From Balanoglossus misakiensis (lineage: Eukaryota; Animalia; Hemichordata): 64,000 nucleotides of DNA. The position numbers and the translations under genes were made by a program. The notes beneath the pieces were generated by a model. It was not told where the DNA came from and made no database searches. It saw only the letters and a program-made list of their open reading frames with translations. The stretch lies in NCBI GenBank assembly GCA_040954595.2, contig CM082594.2, positions 10,420,296-10,484,295 on the forward strand, in the 5' to 3' direction. Each line of letters begins with the position of its first letter. Positions within the stretch are counted from its first letter, which is position 1. Below are positions 26,801 to 39,800 of this stretch, piece by piece.

Positions 26801-29592
26801 ATTACACTAATGAAATCAATTTGATAAACTGCCCACACAGCGTAATTTTGTTACACACAAAGTTGTTTTTTAGAATTACATGAAGGCATTAATGACAAGT
26901 AAAAATCATGCCCCACTGATAGAAATTTTTATTCAAATGACACTTGTCTATATTTTCTGTTTTTTTCAGGATTTTGTCGTCCGCAATGACAGTCCGTGTG
27001 GCACAACCATTGGTCCTATCATTGCAGCCAAATTGGGGCTGAGAACTGTAGACATCGGCATGCCACAGCTAGCTATGCATTCCATCCGTGAAATGGCTTG
27101 TACTAGCAGTATCCTCCAAGCCAATGAACTCTACAAGGTGAGAAAGCATGAAAGTCCAAAAAATTTTAGAGTGACAGAGTCACTGTGTTTGGACAGTATT
27201 GGTTTCATGCGAGAATTTCTTTCTGGTGACTGACGCACGATGACACATCCAGCGTCATTTCTCAACTCGTATTTTGGAATTAAACCGAGTCTAAAATTAA
27301 ACCCATCTAGCATAATGTAGACATTTGTGAGTCACCCCTCCTCCTACACTTTCAATCTCAGCATTATTGGGTCGATGCAATATCCAGTGCTTGTTCTACA
27401 GTGTACGCACATTTGCTCATTTGACGAGTAAATCCTGCATTACAACCACCTAATCTTCACGAGTGAATGACTGACTGTTGGTTTTCGTTATTGACATCTT
27501 CCAACCAATTTCTGTAGTAATCCGGGCAGTATGGCAGAAATCACTCAGACAATGCTTTTAATCCCCAGCACCTTTTGTCGCGCCTCAAAAAATTAATGAA
27601 ATAATTCTCGGAACTGACACCTTGAAAAGTGACAGACATTGTGAGGTATTCTCACCTTGACGTTACGGTTTGAATAGAAATATCGTGAGGCATGTTCTGT
27701 TTTATTTCTGAGTCATCCAGACGTGGACAGCAAAATGAATTTGATTTCCACGCAACACGCTCCTTCGTGCACCAAACAAGCCATGTCTATTCATGCCAAT
27801 TGAGCAACATCTAACAAGTCACTAGTTCTCAATTAATTACGCGTGTGCGTATAAATCAAGTTTCTAGCGTGAATGCAGTTTTCTGAGATCTTTCGTTCCA
27901 TCGGAGAGTTGTATTGTGTGGGCAGTGACTACACACAATCAAGTTGGCCATCGACTATACACTTCTTGTTCCCAAGTGCACAGTCACATGCAGTGTTTTT
28001 GCTAAGGTTGGGGAACATTGGTAATGGATTTGGGAACCCCGGTAACATTTCTACAACCCCCTAATATAACTACATTGATACACCCTGGGGAACCCCGGTA
28101 AAATGACTGGGGAACTCCGGTAGATTTTACCTAGGTACCGCCCTTAACAAAAACACTGACATGCATTCTGGGATTGGTGACTGCACACCCTAGGTGTGAT
28201 GTCACTTCCTGTCAACCGTGATTGGCAGGCTAAACTAATTCTGGCAAATCACTTTGGCAAATCAATCACGAAAAAGTAATTACTATTACTTCCAACAATC
28301 AGACGACAGCTTGCAATAAGCAAAAACCACCATTAGCTGCAGGCCATCAAATTAAGACTATCGCCAAATTGTGGGCTCGCTAGAAAATATGCAACTTTTT
28401 TTCTCTAATTTTTCACACACAGTGTGATTGATATTCATTTCTGTGGGAAAGGTAAATTGTGGCTTTTAAATTCTGATAGACCGCCTTGGCCAAAGATGCT
28501 ACTTTAAACTCTGTGATGTTATATAATCCACATGTATAGATTAAGAGAGGGATTAGTGGATAAAGTCTCTTGAATAGGGCTTTACATTTTGTTACAAAAG
28601 AGGGATTTCCCAGCTGTTATATGAAATTGCCAATGAAATTACTGCAATGTACCACATTCTACTTAGAAATTACCGGTACACTGCTAATGAACAGAACACA
28701 ATATTGGCTTGTGTAAACCGGCGCCCGAGAATATAGTCACCGCAATTCAAACAGTATGCTTACTCTTTCATGTATATTTTCTCTTCATTGTTTGACTCTC
28801 TGCTTCAAACTCGCCAACAACCCAGGTACATGCACACCGCAGTGTACACTGAGATTTGTTTTACAAATAAAATAGATTAGGTGATACGAAATGAATGAAA
28901 CTTTTCAAGAGACAAAAAGCAAGCGAGTGACGAAGTATAATTGAAAAAAATTTTCGTCTGGGTCTCGTGTCGGTTGACAGCTAAACAAATGAAAGGTGCT
29001 CGACTGCCGACAAATGAGAAAATTCAATTACAAATCATAATACCGATGATGACTCACTCTGTCGGGAAGACAGACCCAGCAAGGAAACTGTCAGGCAATC
29101 GATGAAAGCACAGAGCTAGACTTGTGAATCTTACAATATTTTAGATAGATAGTATTCCCATCAGAATTTTCCTGGCTGACCGGAAAATAAATTGTGGCAT
29201 AATGGAAAAATTCACCAGAGAATAACACCTTCTGAAAGACTCAATTGGCTGTTTTTTAATGATCAAAAATGTGAATTTCAAACATTTAGAATGAAATGGC
29301 ACACCCCGAGGCATTCCGGTGGTAATTTTCTTGAAAGTACATTAGTGAAATTAACTGACTGGTTTATCTCCTGAATTGTCACAATCTATGGTACATGCGA
29401 AGACCCTAATTTGATGAACATGCCAGGTGAAATTTCTTAAAGTGTTCGTCGCAGAATTGTGAAATTTCAAGAAATGTTATCCTCGTTGCCAAGTCACCTA
29501 ACCACTTTTATATCATATTTTATTTCTTTTCTTTTCTGCAGGCATTCTTCGAACACTATCCAGCTGTCAATGCATCGCTTGATATGGAATAA
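23855..29592 (+). CDS. DNPEP: Aspartyl aminopeptidase (peptidase M18); 13 coding exons, ~468 aa
   Basis: join(23855..23857,24114..24192,24349..24551,24751..24876,25037..25161,25328..25409,25548..25655,25788..25865,26006..26247,26377..26416,26586..26687,26970..27137,29542..29592). M18 motifs: [81 protein letters not shown]. Confidence 0.97.
24669..24687. repeat. Poly-C tract (19 nt) in a DNPEP intron
   Basis: Directly visible. Similar homopolymer G tracts lie at 24030-24042 and 36677-36695. Confidence 0.95.
27991..28158. mobile_element. 168-bp MITE with 17-bp TIRs and a perfect 5-bp TSD, in the last intron of DNPEP
   Basis: Left end CAGTGTTTTTGCTAAGG; reverse complement of the right end CAGTGTTTTTGTTAAGG (16/17). 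Flanked by ACATG on both sides (27986-27990, 28159-28163). Four internal GGGAACnnnGGTA repeats. Confidence 0.85.
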
Positions 29593-30859
29593 AAAAACTG
29601 ATGAAGTAACAAGTCCCATGGAGGATAATCTTCTGACCTAGTGCATAGTTTTGACCCAGCGAGGACTTTGACATTGACGATTACTTGTTTTATTATCATC
29701 ACCCATTATGTCGTTGCTGAAAAGACTGCATTCTCTTTGATAACTGGCCATGCCATGTCAAATATGAAATATAACTTTTCCATTTCCTTTTCCCTGCGAG
29801 CAACTGTCTTGTGTGAAAGAAAATCCTTTCCAGCTTCCAATCACACCAGTCAATTGTCACCCTTTGATGTTCTTTCAACTGAATTTTTTGGTCTATTTCC
29901 TTTCTGCTACTCTGCTATGCCTAGATATTTGCTCGCCATAGTCATTGACTTCCTGCCAATTTAAATGGAACCTCCTATTAAATCTGTTTCAATCTATCGC
30001 ATGTTGTGTGTACAGAAATCCCACAATTGTCAAATGTCTTACTTTTTTGATATCGTGTCAAGTCTTTGAATTTTAATAAACTTAAGATTTAAAATGGCGA
30101 CGAAAAATCATTCATTATATTAGACAAAAACGTATAAATCATAAGACAAATGCAACAACAACAACAACTTTTCATTATGGAAAAGGGTACCTGACAAGTG
30201 AGAGTCTAAATTGTCGTACATAAATAGCTGTTCGTCTTTCTTTTCAATGCGTATATACTGCACGACTGTTTGGAATCACTTTCCGAGGTCGCAGATCATG
30301 AGTCAATTGACTTGTGTCCTTCGCTCACTATCGATTCAAACTTACAAAAAGTTATCGTCAAACAATGGTGATGTCACTCACATCGGCCTTCATGTGAACG
30401 TGTGTGCAATTAGAAACTCATGTTGGTCTGTTGATATTCGCTATTGGTGTTCGTAACAATCATGATAGTTTCCTTGGAAATTTAATGTGGTGCTCAAACG
30501 AAGGAGGCTATCAGAACCTGTAGAATTTGGCTAAAATTGGATTGGTTGGGCGAAAAAGGAGAAAACCAACGGCTTTATCAAACAGGAAAAGCGTCTAGCA
30601 ACCAGAAACCACAAATTAATTGCGTTACAGCGTCTGTGGTGAGTGTTTTGTAAACATTCCCGGATTTGTTCAAGTTGTCTTCTGGATTTGGCTGTCTTCG
30701 CTTTGCATTGTGGGAGTGGAGTTTCTTATCGCCATTTTGAGGTTGGATAGTGCAGCGTACGGCCGTGGGAATATGCTATCTCGCCAACAACCGTATCGTA
30801 TGCACACACCGGCGAACCCCATGGATTTCTGGTGATTCTCCCGGCTACAGCGGCATAAC

Positions 30860-33800
30860 ATGAACGACATGCACGGCCTTCATGATCGGTTGACCGTCCG
30901 GCGGTCGTTCATGCGGCCTAAACGCCAGCGGATAACGCTCTGTTTTGGAGTGGGCCAAGTTCTGCTGGGATTGACAATCGTCGCGGTGAGCTTTGCCGCT
31001 TTCGGTCTGTCAACTTCCAACAGAGTCCGCAATGCGTGTCCGTATTGGGCCGGCTTTTCGGTGAGTATAGCACTTCTCGTGTTTTGCTCTGTTTTTCACC
31101 GAGAATTTAGGTTTGAAATTTACGCAGACGACATTTTCCGTTTCTTCGGTTCAGCCGTCGCCTTCTCCGGCTCAGCAGCTCAGTCGACGTTGAAAGGTAC
31201 ATAACGTTCGATTTTCAACCGGCTTTTAAATTTCATTGATTCAACGATTGAAAGTGCCGGCTGATTCACTATGAGAGATTTGTCACTTAGATTGTCTTCG
31301 TTCTACGGAAAGCAAGTCCTCCGATTTCGGAAGGAATCAAACAATCGCCTCAGCTCTTGCATAAGTTTACGCGATGTCGGATTTCACCGATGAGAAAGTG
31401 GGCGGGGCAACTTCGAATGTTTGTTTCACTGACGGAGGTGGTACAACGCTAAAGCCGGGTGCGAATGGTTTCATTGAGATCAAAGACCCGACCGGGTTTT
31501 GTATTTAGTTAACGGGGGAGCACTGCTAAACTTCACTTAATATCCAGTGAAAAAAGTGTGTTCATCTTCAATAATCTAACGGAAAAGAATGGTATATGTT
31601 ATGATGTAAAAAGTAAAATCTAATGAAGAAGCACTTTCGAAATATTTGTTGTTCAAAAGCCTAATTTTGTAAAGCCACTGCAACATATTACACAATTGAA
31701 TTTTGTTTGCATTCGATTGAGTAGTGAAACTGATCGATTTAATACAGTCCAGGTCAAGCTTTTCAGAGATTGGCATCTGCCGACTTGAAAAGATCCAATT
31801 TGTGCATGTATGGAATGATGAGTCATTTATGCTGTGTGTGTGTGAATCGTTTGCACATATGCTGGGTGCTGTGAGCTTGTAGAGTATGTCTGGGAATGCG
31901 TAAGAAGAAGGTTACAGTTTTAATGAGTCTGTCTGGCAGTCGGTTGAGAATTAGATTCCTTGGTATTTGCTGTTCTTAGAAATCATATCCATTGTTTAAT
32001 ATTGATTATTAGAAATAGAAGTACTGAATTTTATAAATAGTTTAGTTTTACTAACAACTCAGAATGATTGGTGGCAAATTATTGGACAGTTACATTAAAA
32101 AGCCAATCAGCTATTCCAGTGGTTTGCATTATCGGCACGGCAACAGCCAATCTGTGGTCATTATAGGGTCATGTGACTCAGACCTGTGGTAATTTCCATG
32201 GCAACAGCCAATCAGAAATTGCTACAGATCTGTGTAGTCTCTGTGGACCTGTTTAGATAATGTTGGTTGGAATTAAAGAATGCATATGAAATGTTCATTA
32301 ATTAACAGAATATTTGCGATATTACAGCAATATGTGATATTTTATTTCCTATATAGACGGGTCATTGACCTATTAACAACCTGTCGCCAGCTCACACCAT
32401 AAAAATTTATCACATAAGGAGTTTGCCATCCTGGGTCTGGACAATACAGAGTCTATACACCAAATATAACAACTGGTAGATCAAGTTCAGGCCTGATGTC
32501 TGTTTGATTGCAATTTGCCGTGTTTCCTGTAAACAAGTGGCCTTAGTACATTGTGACACATGTAAATAAATCATGTTTGCTGACCTCCTGACTTCACTAG
32601 TTGTGGAACCATGCATTGGGAATTTTTCTGAAATGACTTTTGTCCACATCCATGTATTCAGTTGCATTCATCGGAGAACATGTAACTGTATATGTCCCTG
32701 TATGGATGTCGGTGGACGTCATCAACACACTGGACTGTCGTCAGTCAGAGGGTGTCGAGAGGGTTTTAAAATAGTATAGGACCCCAGTCATTAAGTGTGG
32801 TACTGGTAGGGTCATTGAACTTAGGTGATGGTGACTCTGTTATGTGTGTGTGTGTGTTATGCTTTTTATTTCAACCACAGTGCATCATTGAAATAAAAGA
32901 AATGCACCGAGTTTTGCTCACACACACACACACACACACCCCAATATATCACGTTCCCATATTACTCACATTTCCATACTTCAAGTTTCAGTGGACTGTA
33001 ACAGAATCTTGAGTCGTGCCTACACATTTCCGTTGTTTGTACAGCCTGCATTGTATTAGTCAGGTAATTTTATTTAGGCTTTCATCAAGATTATTGTAAA
33101 GCTGACCAGTTCTATTATTCCACGTACCTGATTATGAAGAAATGATTAATTATTCATAAGAAAAGTGCAAATTACCCTGGAAGGTGATATGAAAACTGTC
33201 TGGACTTATATATTAAATATGATAAACTTCAACTTTCAAGAGGTATGCCACAAACAGGATTGGGATATCTACCATTGCAAAACACTGCAGCGAACTAAGG
33301 AGGCTAAGAAACGTCTACAGGAATTCCCTTCGGTCACTCAAGAAAACACACAAGCATATGTAGTAACAAACAAACAATGCCTTGAAGGCCAATTGTGGAC
33401 AAGATGTTTGTATGGACACAATTGTGGCCGGCCTTTTAGTCTCTGACCTTGACATGCGTGGGGTGCAAACAGCTGATAGCCAATTGGGGTTGGGGAACAA
33501 AACCTCCCAGTGAGAGAGTGAATACATTGAAGGGTTAGACATTATACACAGTGATACAGTTAGTCGGTGGTCTTGTACCATTCCCAGATCAAAAGGATAT
33601 TGCCAATTGTAGATAGAATACATTGAAACCAAAAACCCAATTGAAAGCGTAGTATGGAGTTGAAGTGATCTCAGTGTGCAGTAGAACGTCTCAATGCATC
33701 CCCAAATCAAATAAACTTTGCTAAATTACATTTCGAATGCGTAACGTTGCCTTTTAGTCGCTCAGATCACACAATGGAGCGTTCACTCATGAGCTGTCTG

Positions 33801-36800
33801 TGTTGGCGGCTGACAGGATTAACAGTTCCAAGCCCAGACAAATGATAAACTCCTGTTTGATGGCTATGCGCTTATGATACACACTGATAATGATAGACTT
33901 TGTGTGCATGGTGCAAAGGTTCATGTCGCCACGTATATTGACATAAGCCAGTTGACAAGGGAAAGTTGCCGGGAACCACAAATCATTTGCATCAGCATTC
34001 CCAAATGGTTTTGCTATATACATGTACCCTGTTATGCTCCAGAATAAAACATACACAATTGTCAACAATAATTATAAAAAGGCAAACCTGATTCAATCCA
34101 GTATTTCTATGGATAAAATATTCTTTTATTTCATTTCCATATTGTCTTCAATACAAAGTTATTTTAATTCGTACAAACAATGAATTCTAGGGAAAATAAC
34201 TGTAATAAAATATTATTGTATTAAAACAAGCGTGAACTTGAATTGTAATTAAATACAAACAAAAAGACAGATTTATAATAATAATGATGCAGTGCATTTG
34301 GCAAAGTTCTTTCAACCATTATCGAGAAAATAAATGTTCCCACCATGATGAATGACTCAGCTATGAGACCGTTCTGCAGAGATGTGGGCGATTTAATCAG
34401 GAGTTTAATTAAAGTTTCATTACCTATTAAAGATGATTTGCGAGATATAAAAAAGAAAAGAATGATTCAATTTTCTTCGAAGTTAAACGGTAGTTGTGGG
34501 AATAAATAAATGTGAAGCATGAAACTGAATGTGTCATATTTCATTTGTACCTTTCAAAATGTACCTTTGAACACATAGAGTCACAGAAAATCTTAGTGTG
34601 TCATCCTTTGGAGAGTGAGAGGCCTTGTACAGCCATTTACAATAGAGGCCACAGCCCAGTTTTATAGTTTCACTATGAATGGCCATGGACCAGTGTGTCA
34701 GCAATCATGATTAACACATGGACAAGGGCCTTCCTCTATTGTCACCATTTCTAAAGGTGGAATTAAACTCTCCCTGGCATCAAAAAGACTGAACTTGTTA
34801 ACATTTATTGTCATCAAAAAGAAGCTGTGTGTTTTTAATGATCCATGAGGAGTTCGGTGGTCAGTGCGATTTGTGTTTATACAAATCAGGGTGCCAGAAA
34901 AGAGAGTGCCACTCCTTGAGACTGACAGTACAAACGGAATCATGGTACTTATTAAATTCACAAGTGGTCCCTGATTAAAAGAACCTGGTCTCTGATAAAA
35001 AAGAAGTACTGTTCTACTGAATTATACATGTGTATCTCGCTATTGTAAGTTTTGCATCGGAGAAAGCTGATAATGAGGTTACAACGATAAAATTCCGTGT
35101 TGAAATGGACTGTCATTATGCTAATTTATTCATTACTGCACAAAACGTTCAGTAAATCTTAAATCACCGCCTAAGTCTATTCTCTTTCCACCTTCTTAAA
35201 CACTCAGATTGACGTTGAAAATCCATTGTATTTTCAAAACTTCATGTCCCCAGTGGAGTGTTTAATCCGATGTAATCTCAGCTCAGGATTTTGGTAATGG
35301 AAATGGCTCCATAAATTTTGTGTAATTTCAGATTTTCATGGGCTTTTTTATGAGACAGAACCTAATTAATCAAGGATGTAAAATTTATTATCAACAGAAA
35401 CAAGGAGCTCTTTGACAGTTGACTTTTTGGTCAACTGTTCTTGATAGAAAATGGCAACCATGTTCAGAAAAGGATTCTGGGAAATATACAAACACGCTCT
35501 ATAATAGAATATGATTATGACATTTATCTTTTGTACAAATAAGACTATCAAGCGAATATTACAGAAAAATTAAACTGTAAATCTGTTCCGTTTTGACATG
35601 GTACACCGAGTGTGTATTCAGCTGTAAAATGTGTCTCCCCGTAAAAGTGGTTTGCCTTGCAGCTATGCCATCTGTCATATATCGTGAATTGTGATGTCAT
35701 CGTCACAGGGCGAAACTCAGGCCACTGGAAAACCGCTAACCCCGAACAGCCGAACACAAGAGGGCATTCACATAGATGTTTTCACGCTGAAGGACCACAT
35801 CAATAGAGTGGAAGGGAAATTATCAGATGCGGTTACTTAAAATACTAGATACCAAGAAAGGGGAAGAAGTTCTTCCTGTCCGTCTGGCTTAAGTCTACCT
35901 AGTTTCCCAAATGTCCAGTTTTAAGCTGGTTTAGTTGTTCCACAGGCTTCAATTGTAACACAAATATTTTTTCTTGCGTTGCTGGAATCCTTTGGAAAAT
36001 AACAGGTGTGTTAGAAGTTTCAACAAACTTGTGGCCACTACATTGCCAAACAGATGCCAACTCTAAGAATTATTTTTTTATCAGTGTGACCTCACTGCTG
36101 TACTTTTTGGCCCAAACAATAAAAGTATTGTTTGAATCACCCTCTTTTGGGATTTTTCACATATTGCATGCAAGTTGAATCTTTCAGAAAACAAATAAAA
36201 TGTGTAAAAGCATGAAGATGTGTTGGTCTATTTTGAAAAATGGACCCAGACCGAGTGGTTTGCAAGTTTTGGGAGACAGCTGTCTCTGTATGATGTTGTG
36301 CCGACTAGTCTCAAAGGCTGTTGGATAAATTGTAAAGCTTACCCGCGTTCTTGGAGGTACTTCTGTTGAACAAGTCTGTAGGTTTGCAGACTATAGAATA
36401 CTCAGGCCAATTGCCCCGAGGGACTTTCTCTGTTCCTCTCCCAGCTCGTTAACCTTTAAACCAGAAGATTATTTCTCTCCACAACAAGACGCTGTTTACG
36501 AAAGATCGTTTCACACTTCGCGCCGAAATCTTCTTGCCCCCTGCACTCATCAGTGATGACCCCCAAAGATGTTGGTGGTCAGTCTGTAGACTGTAGCAGA
36601 CATTGTTGAGTGAATCTTCAGAGCTCCGTTGGTGCTGGATTCATAAATTCCACCAAACAGAAAGGAAAGGAAACTAGGGGGGGGGGGGGGGGGGGAGTCT
36701 ACTAAATAAATGAATGAATGAATGGCAAATATCTGTCAAGACCTTCAAATTTTCCTTATCTAATATTGCAAGGGCTGCATCACCAAGATCACCCACGTAG

Positions 36801-39800
36801 CAAATACTTTAAGGTTCTTTCCAACAATGTAGGTTAATAATTTGCATTCAGAAAGCTCACAATATTAATTCCAGTAATTTCAAGGATATTTGTCTCCTAG
36901 CAACCGGTCTTCTTTCTGATCTTGGGTCTTCATCAGGAATTCTTCAAATGACAACTGCAAAAATGTAGTAATGTTTGTTTTAAAAGCTTGACATAAAGGT
37001 TTCGTTGAGTTCCAAAGATAGAAACTGAGAGACCTTGTAGGCATCCGTCAACCATTAAGAAATATATCAAGGACAGACATGAAGATATAATTGTATTGAT
37101 ACGTCCTCATTATTCTGTTATTAAAATGCACATTCATGGTCACTCAGGTTTTTAATGAGTTGAAGTAGGAATTCTTGGAAAGCAATTTAATTGTTTTTGA
37201 GAAGGCCTTCCAACCAGGAATACGCATCTGCTTTTAAAATAGCAGCTATTGTCAATATGAAGAGAATGTATGCTGTTCATTGATTGACAATGTGTGTTTT
37301 TAATTTTCATATAATTATACCATCCATCACTATCATTCCATTAGGAATTACAAGTTTGTGAGGGATTAGGTTTTCATCAGAGAAGATTGTTTCTGATTCC
37401 ATTGGGAGAATTTTGCATGCTTTTTAATACCTTTAGACCTTTCTCAGGATTTTGAGTCTTGTTGTAGAAGTCACACATAGCCTTCCTGTTGGTTTTTGGA
37501 TACTCTGGCATTTTCCTTCCTGGGTTCTGAGAATTCACACTGGCCATTCACGGCCAACTTAAATGTACATGGACACCAGTCATTTAGAAACCCCATAAAA
37601 AATTGACAACAAAACATTTATTGCATCTTAGGAGACATTGACACCACATTAGTTCCCGAATTGTGTCAAAGGTCGCACGCTTTATGCACGAAGTGATCGT
37701 ATTAGCAGAAGATGGACGAGACTTTCGCATGTCAAACAGAGAGACAACCACATGGATTTATCATGTTGCTAAAAGCAGTTACACTGTTACTGACAAATTG
37801 TGGGTTCACTTTGATTCATTGGTAGAATTTTTTCTGAGCGTAGATGGAGTGAGAATTTCATGTGTGTGCTCGCGCGCGAGAGAAAATGACCTCGAACCAC
37901 ATTTCTAATGAAGCTGAATTTCCAAGAGCGCGAGTGTGTGTGTGAAAGTCGTGGAGATCAATGAAACATTTAATAGGCGACGGGATAATGGAGGATGAGT
38001 CATGCTTCGCGCATAAATTGATACTTCTGTGTCCTTTTTCGAGGGTAAGCATGCATGATTTTCTCGAACACAATTAAACCCGATCCTCATAACATTTTGT
38101 TGCGTGTACATGGCTTTCTCCTGTGCCTGGAGACAAAAGTGATCTTCGTTATGAAGGAGTGGAAATCATGACACTCCAGGGGGTATAAAAACTGATTCTT
38201 AACGCACGTGAAAGGTCGTAGGTCGCCCAATGTGTGCGTGTACGATGGTTTTCGCATCAAATGTTACCCAGAAGAGAACACCTTTTATAATACTGAGTCT
38301 TCACACACAAGACTCCCCTCCAAGTTCTTGTCGCTTGTAAGATAGAATTTTAAGTTGAGTGTGAAATAAGATATCTCAAAGCCACACCTTAATCTCACTG
38401 ATGTGTTGAAAATAATATAAAAAAATTATGATTCCAGGATTAATAGCATTCTGACCTGTTCTGAGATGTAATTTGTAACCACGAAAGTGCACGTTATTTT
38501 TCTGCCTCAATGAAACAGTTCATCGTGAGGGCAACAGAGGATTTTATGTATTTAATATTCTCGACATTTTGCTGGAAAGATGACACCTTGTTGTCAGATC
38601 AATTACTTGCAAACTCCATTCAGACAGTATCATTTCATCTTACGGGCATTAAAGGGCAAACCCTGCTCCTGCCTCAGTAAATCTTGAGATATCAACCGAG
38701 TAAAAACAATTCTGGTGTTATCACACATTTCAAACCGCAAATTATACAGGTTTATCCACACTGTCAGTTTGAGGTACGTCTTCTCTTGTAATTATGATAT
38801 ATACATGAAAATTTAAAAGTTCAGATTGAGATACCTAGTGTTGATCTGGTTCATTTCTCAAACTACCGCGAAGTTAGTCTGCCCACTTCTGCTCGTTTCT
38901 GGATCACTTGCCAGGGGTTATCATCTGGGTGGAATGCTCTCAAACGCTTGGTCAGTTCTTGTTTGCTTCAGTGGTGACAAGTTCCTGTAGGTTTAAAATG
39001 CAAATTGTAAATCATTTTGCCTCTTTACAAAGAGTGTGGAATCATTATAGTTTGTGATATCTCTCTATTGAAGATTTACATGTTACCTGTATGCCTAAAC
39101 CCATATTACAGTAGTCGACGAGATTCAAAATTCACGTCTTGAAATGTATACATGTAATAACTTCTAGCAAATGCAATCACTAGCGCAGTAGCTATTTTGA
39201 GGCAACACAATAGTGAAAACCCATGTGTTGTAATGTTGGAAATGTACATGACATTTGACCATGTCAACAGCAAAATACAACAACTTTCAAAACCAACTAA
39301 AACTAACAAAATATGAAGAATAAACTACTCAAACTTCAGTAGAACCTTCTAGAGATGTTGACTATCAAATATGATTTGTTGATACATGCAGATGGCCATA
39401 AGAAATTATTAGTCGACCAAAACTTGAGCAATCAAAATATTTACCTGTCATGGCAGCCATAGGACAAAGAGAACATCATCTCTCCAAACCGCCTGAGGGC
39501 GCTAACCCCTCTGGCAGCCTCGTTCCCAAGTTTGTTATGAAAGAAATCTTGGGTCACATAACCTTATTAAATTGTGCACATCATTTGAAAATTGTCGTTG
39601 GAATACCTAACTTCAAGATGCAAATACAGATGATGATGATGATGATGATGATGATCATCATCATCATCATCATCATCCGTGTAAGTTCAAGTCAGAACAT
39701 CATCATCATCATCATCACCACCATCATGTTATAATTGTCAATGCTTCATTGCATAAACATTAAAGGGTCATCACCATTGAAAACCTTTCCAAGCTAAACT

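Noticed and set aside
28005-28125. Spaced GGGAACnnnGGTA repeats as a CRISPR-like array
   Set aside because: Repeats are too short and irregularly spaced, the context is eukaryotic, and they lie inside a TIR element.
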